DNA of 64,000 bases from Ruminococcus sp. Lineage in GTDB: Bacteria; Bacillota; Clostridia; Oscillospirales; Acutalibacteraceae. Positions 63,438 through 64,000 of this stretch are shown here, one piece after another (within the stretch, counting starts at the first letter, position 1; each line of letters opens with the position of its first letter). A program made the translations under genes and the position numbers. The stretch spans positions 3,455 through 67,454 of the forward strand of contig JAFUJH010000050.1 of the NCBI GenBank assembly GCA_017473775.1, read 5' to 3'. The notes beneath the pieces were generated by a model. The model was not told the origin of the DNA. It searched no databases and saw only the letters and a list, made by a program, of their open reading frames with translations.

Positions 63438-63854
63438 TTAATTGCGGTGGTCGGGGGTGAGCAGGGATACCTCGTATTCGGAGACCCAGGTTTCGCTCCA
63501 GCGGTCGTGCTCGCCGTCGCAGTTGGGGTAGTGGTCAACATAGTGTGTATGGCCGAACTGAACACGGATTGAATCCTCTTCCCAGATAAAACGGATTTCC
63601 TTGAAACACTTTTCGGTTTTCTCAGTGTGGAGTGCAATGCTGTCATCAGTGTCGTAAATAACAACTTCGCCTTCGTTGGAAACGATAATTGTGCAACCCT
63701 CAAAAGAGGTTTTTCTCAGAATTTCGTTGCCGATTTTAATTGAAAAATCGTGGGGTTCTACAATCAATTTGAGTTCTGATTCACCTGCAAAAGCAGTGCT
63801 GTCCTCAGTTGTGTATGCTCCCAAAGTGTTGTATTTATACAAAATCTCTCTCAT
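63438..63854 (-). CDS. Hypothetical protein
   Basis: 138 aa with a GAGGTAAG RBS. No family recognised. Confidence 0.5.
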   Translation of the reverse strand: MREILYKYNTLGAYTTEDSTAFAGESELKLIVEPHDFSIKIGNEILRKTSFEGCTIIVSNEGEVVIYDTDDSIALHTEKTEKCFKEIRFIWEEDSIRVQFGHTHYVDHYPNCDGEHDRWSETWVSEYEVSLLTPDHRN

Positions 63855-64000
63855 GGCACTTACCTCTGTCTCTCAGATTATACTGTTATTATATAGTGTT
63901 TTTGGTGGGAACACAATAAGCACGAGTATTTTTTCAGTGATATTTTAAATCAGATGCTTGACAATTGAAATGTGCTGTGGTAACATAATCGTACAAATTA

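Overview
This window looks like chromosome from a spore-forming, cohesin/dockerin-using member of the Clostridia (Ruminococcus/Oscillospiraceae-like). That placement is an inference from gene content. All protein calls come from reading the supplied translations and recognising motifs; no search or alignment was run.

**Core genes (about 1-41.4 kb).** These are mainly housekeeping and sporulation genes:
- M18 aminopeptidase, SLT transglycosylase, a Sua5-CoaE fusion, prfA, hflX and pyridoxal kinase
- an amino-acid ABC transporter and proBA
- the holB-ricT-ferredoxin-trmN6-rsmI-folC block
- the spoIIAA-spoIIAB-sigF operon
- a phosphohexomutase, queT, a dockerin protein, proS, acpP, hom-lysC and PBP1A
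- an alpha/beta SASP, comEB, abrB, spmAB and a GerA/SpoVAF-type protein

**Phage-like cluster (41.7-52.8 kb).** This is the most unusual region. It is a tightly coupled 11.1-kb cluster collinear with PBSX-type myophage modules.
- Present: terminase, portal, protease/scaffold, capsid and neck genes, followed directly by the LysM/XkdP-to-XkdU-type baseplate genes.
- Not recognised anywhere in it: sheath, tube, tape-measure, lysis, integrase, replication or regulator genes.

**Right-hand genes (53.6-64 kb).**
- a 1991-aa secreted CotH-domain protein carrying several starch-binding-like modules
- two divergent, unlisted paralogous small-peptide genes with near-consensus promoters
- an SGNH/DUF4358 pair
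- an HD-domain hydrolase next to two unknown proteins

**Intergenic repeats.** Intergenic DNA across the whole window holds two hairpin-repeat families. One is a modular GGGAGG/CCTCCC-box element whose internal hairpins covary. The other is a GTAG/CTAC-flanked REP-like hairpin that also occurs as inverted doublets.

No rRNA, tRNA or CRISPR array was seen.
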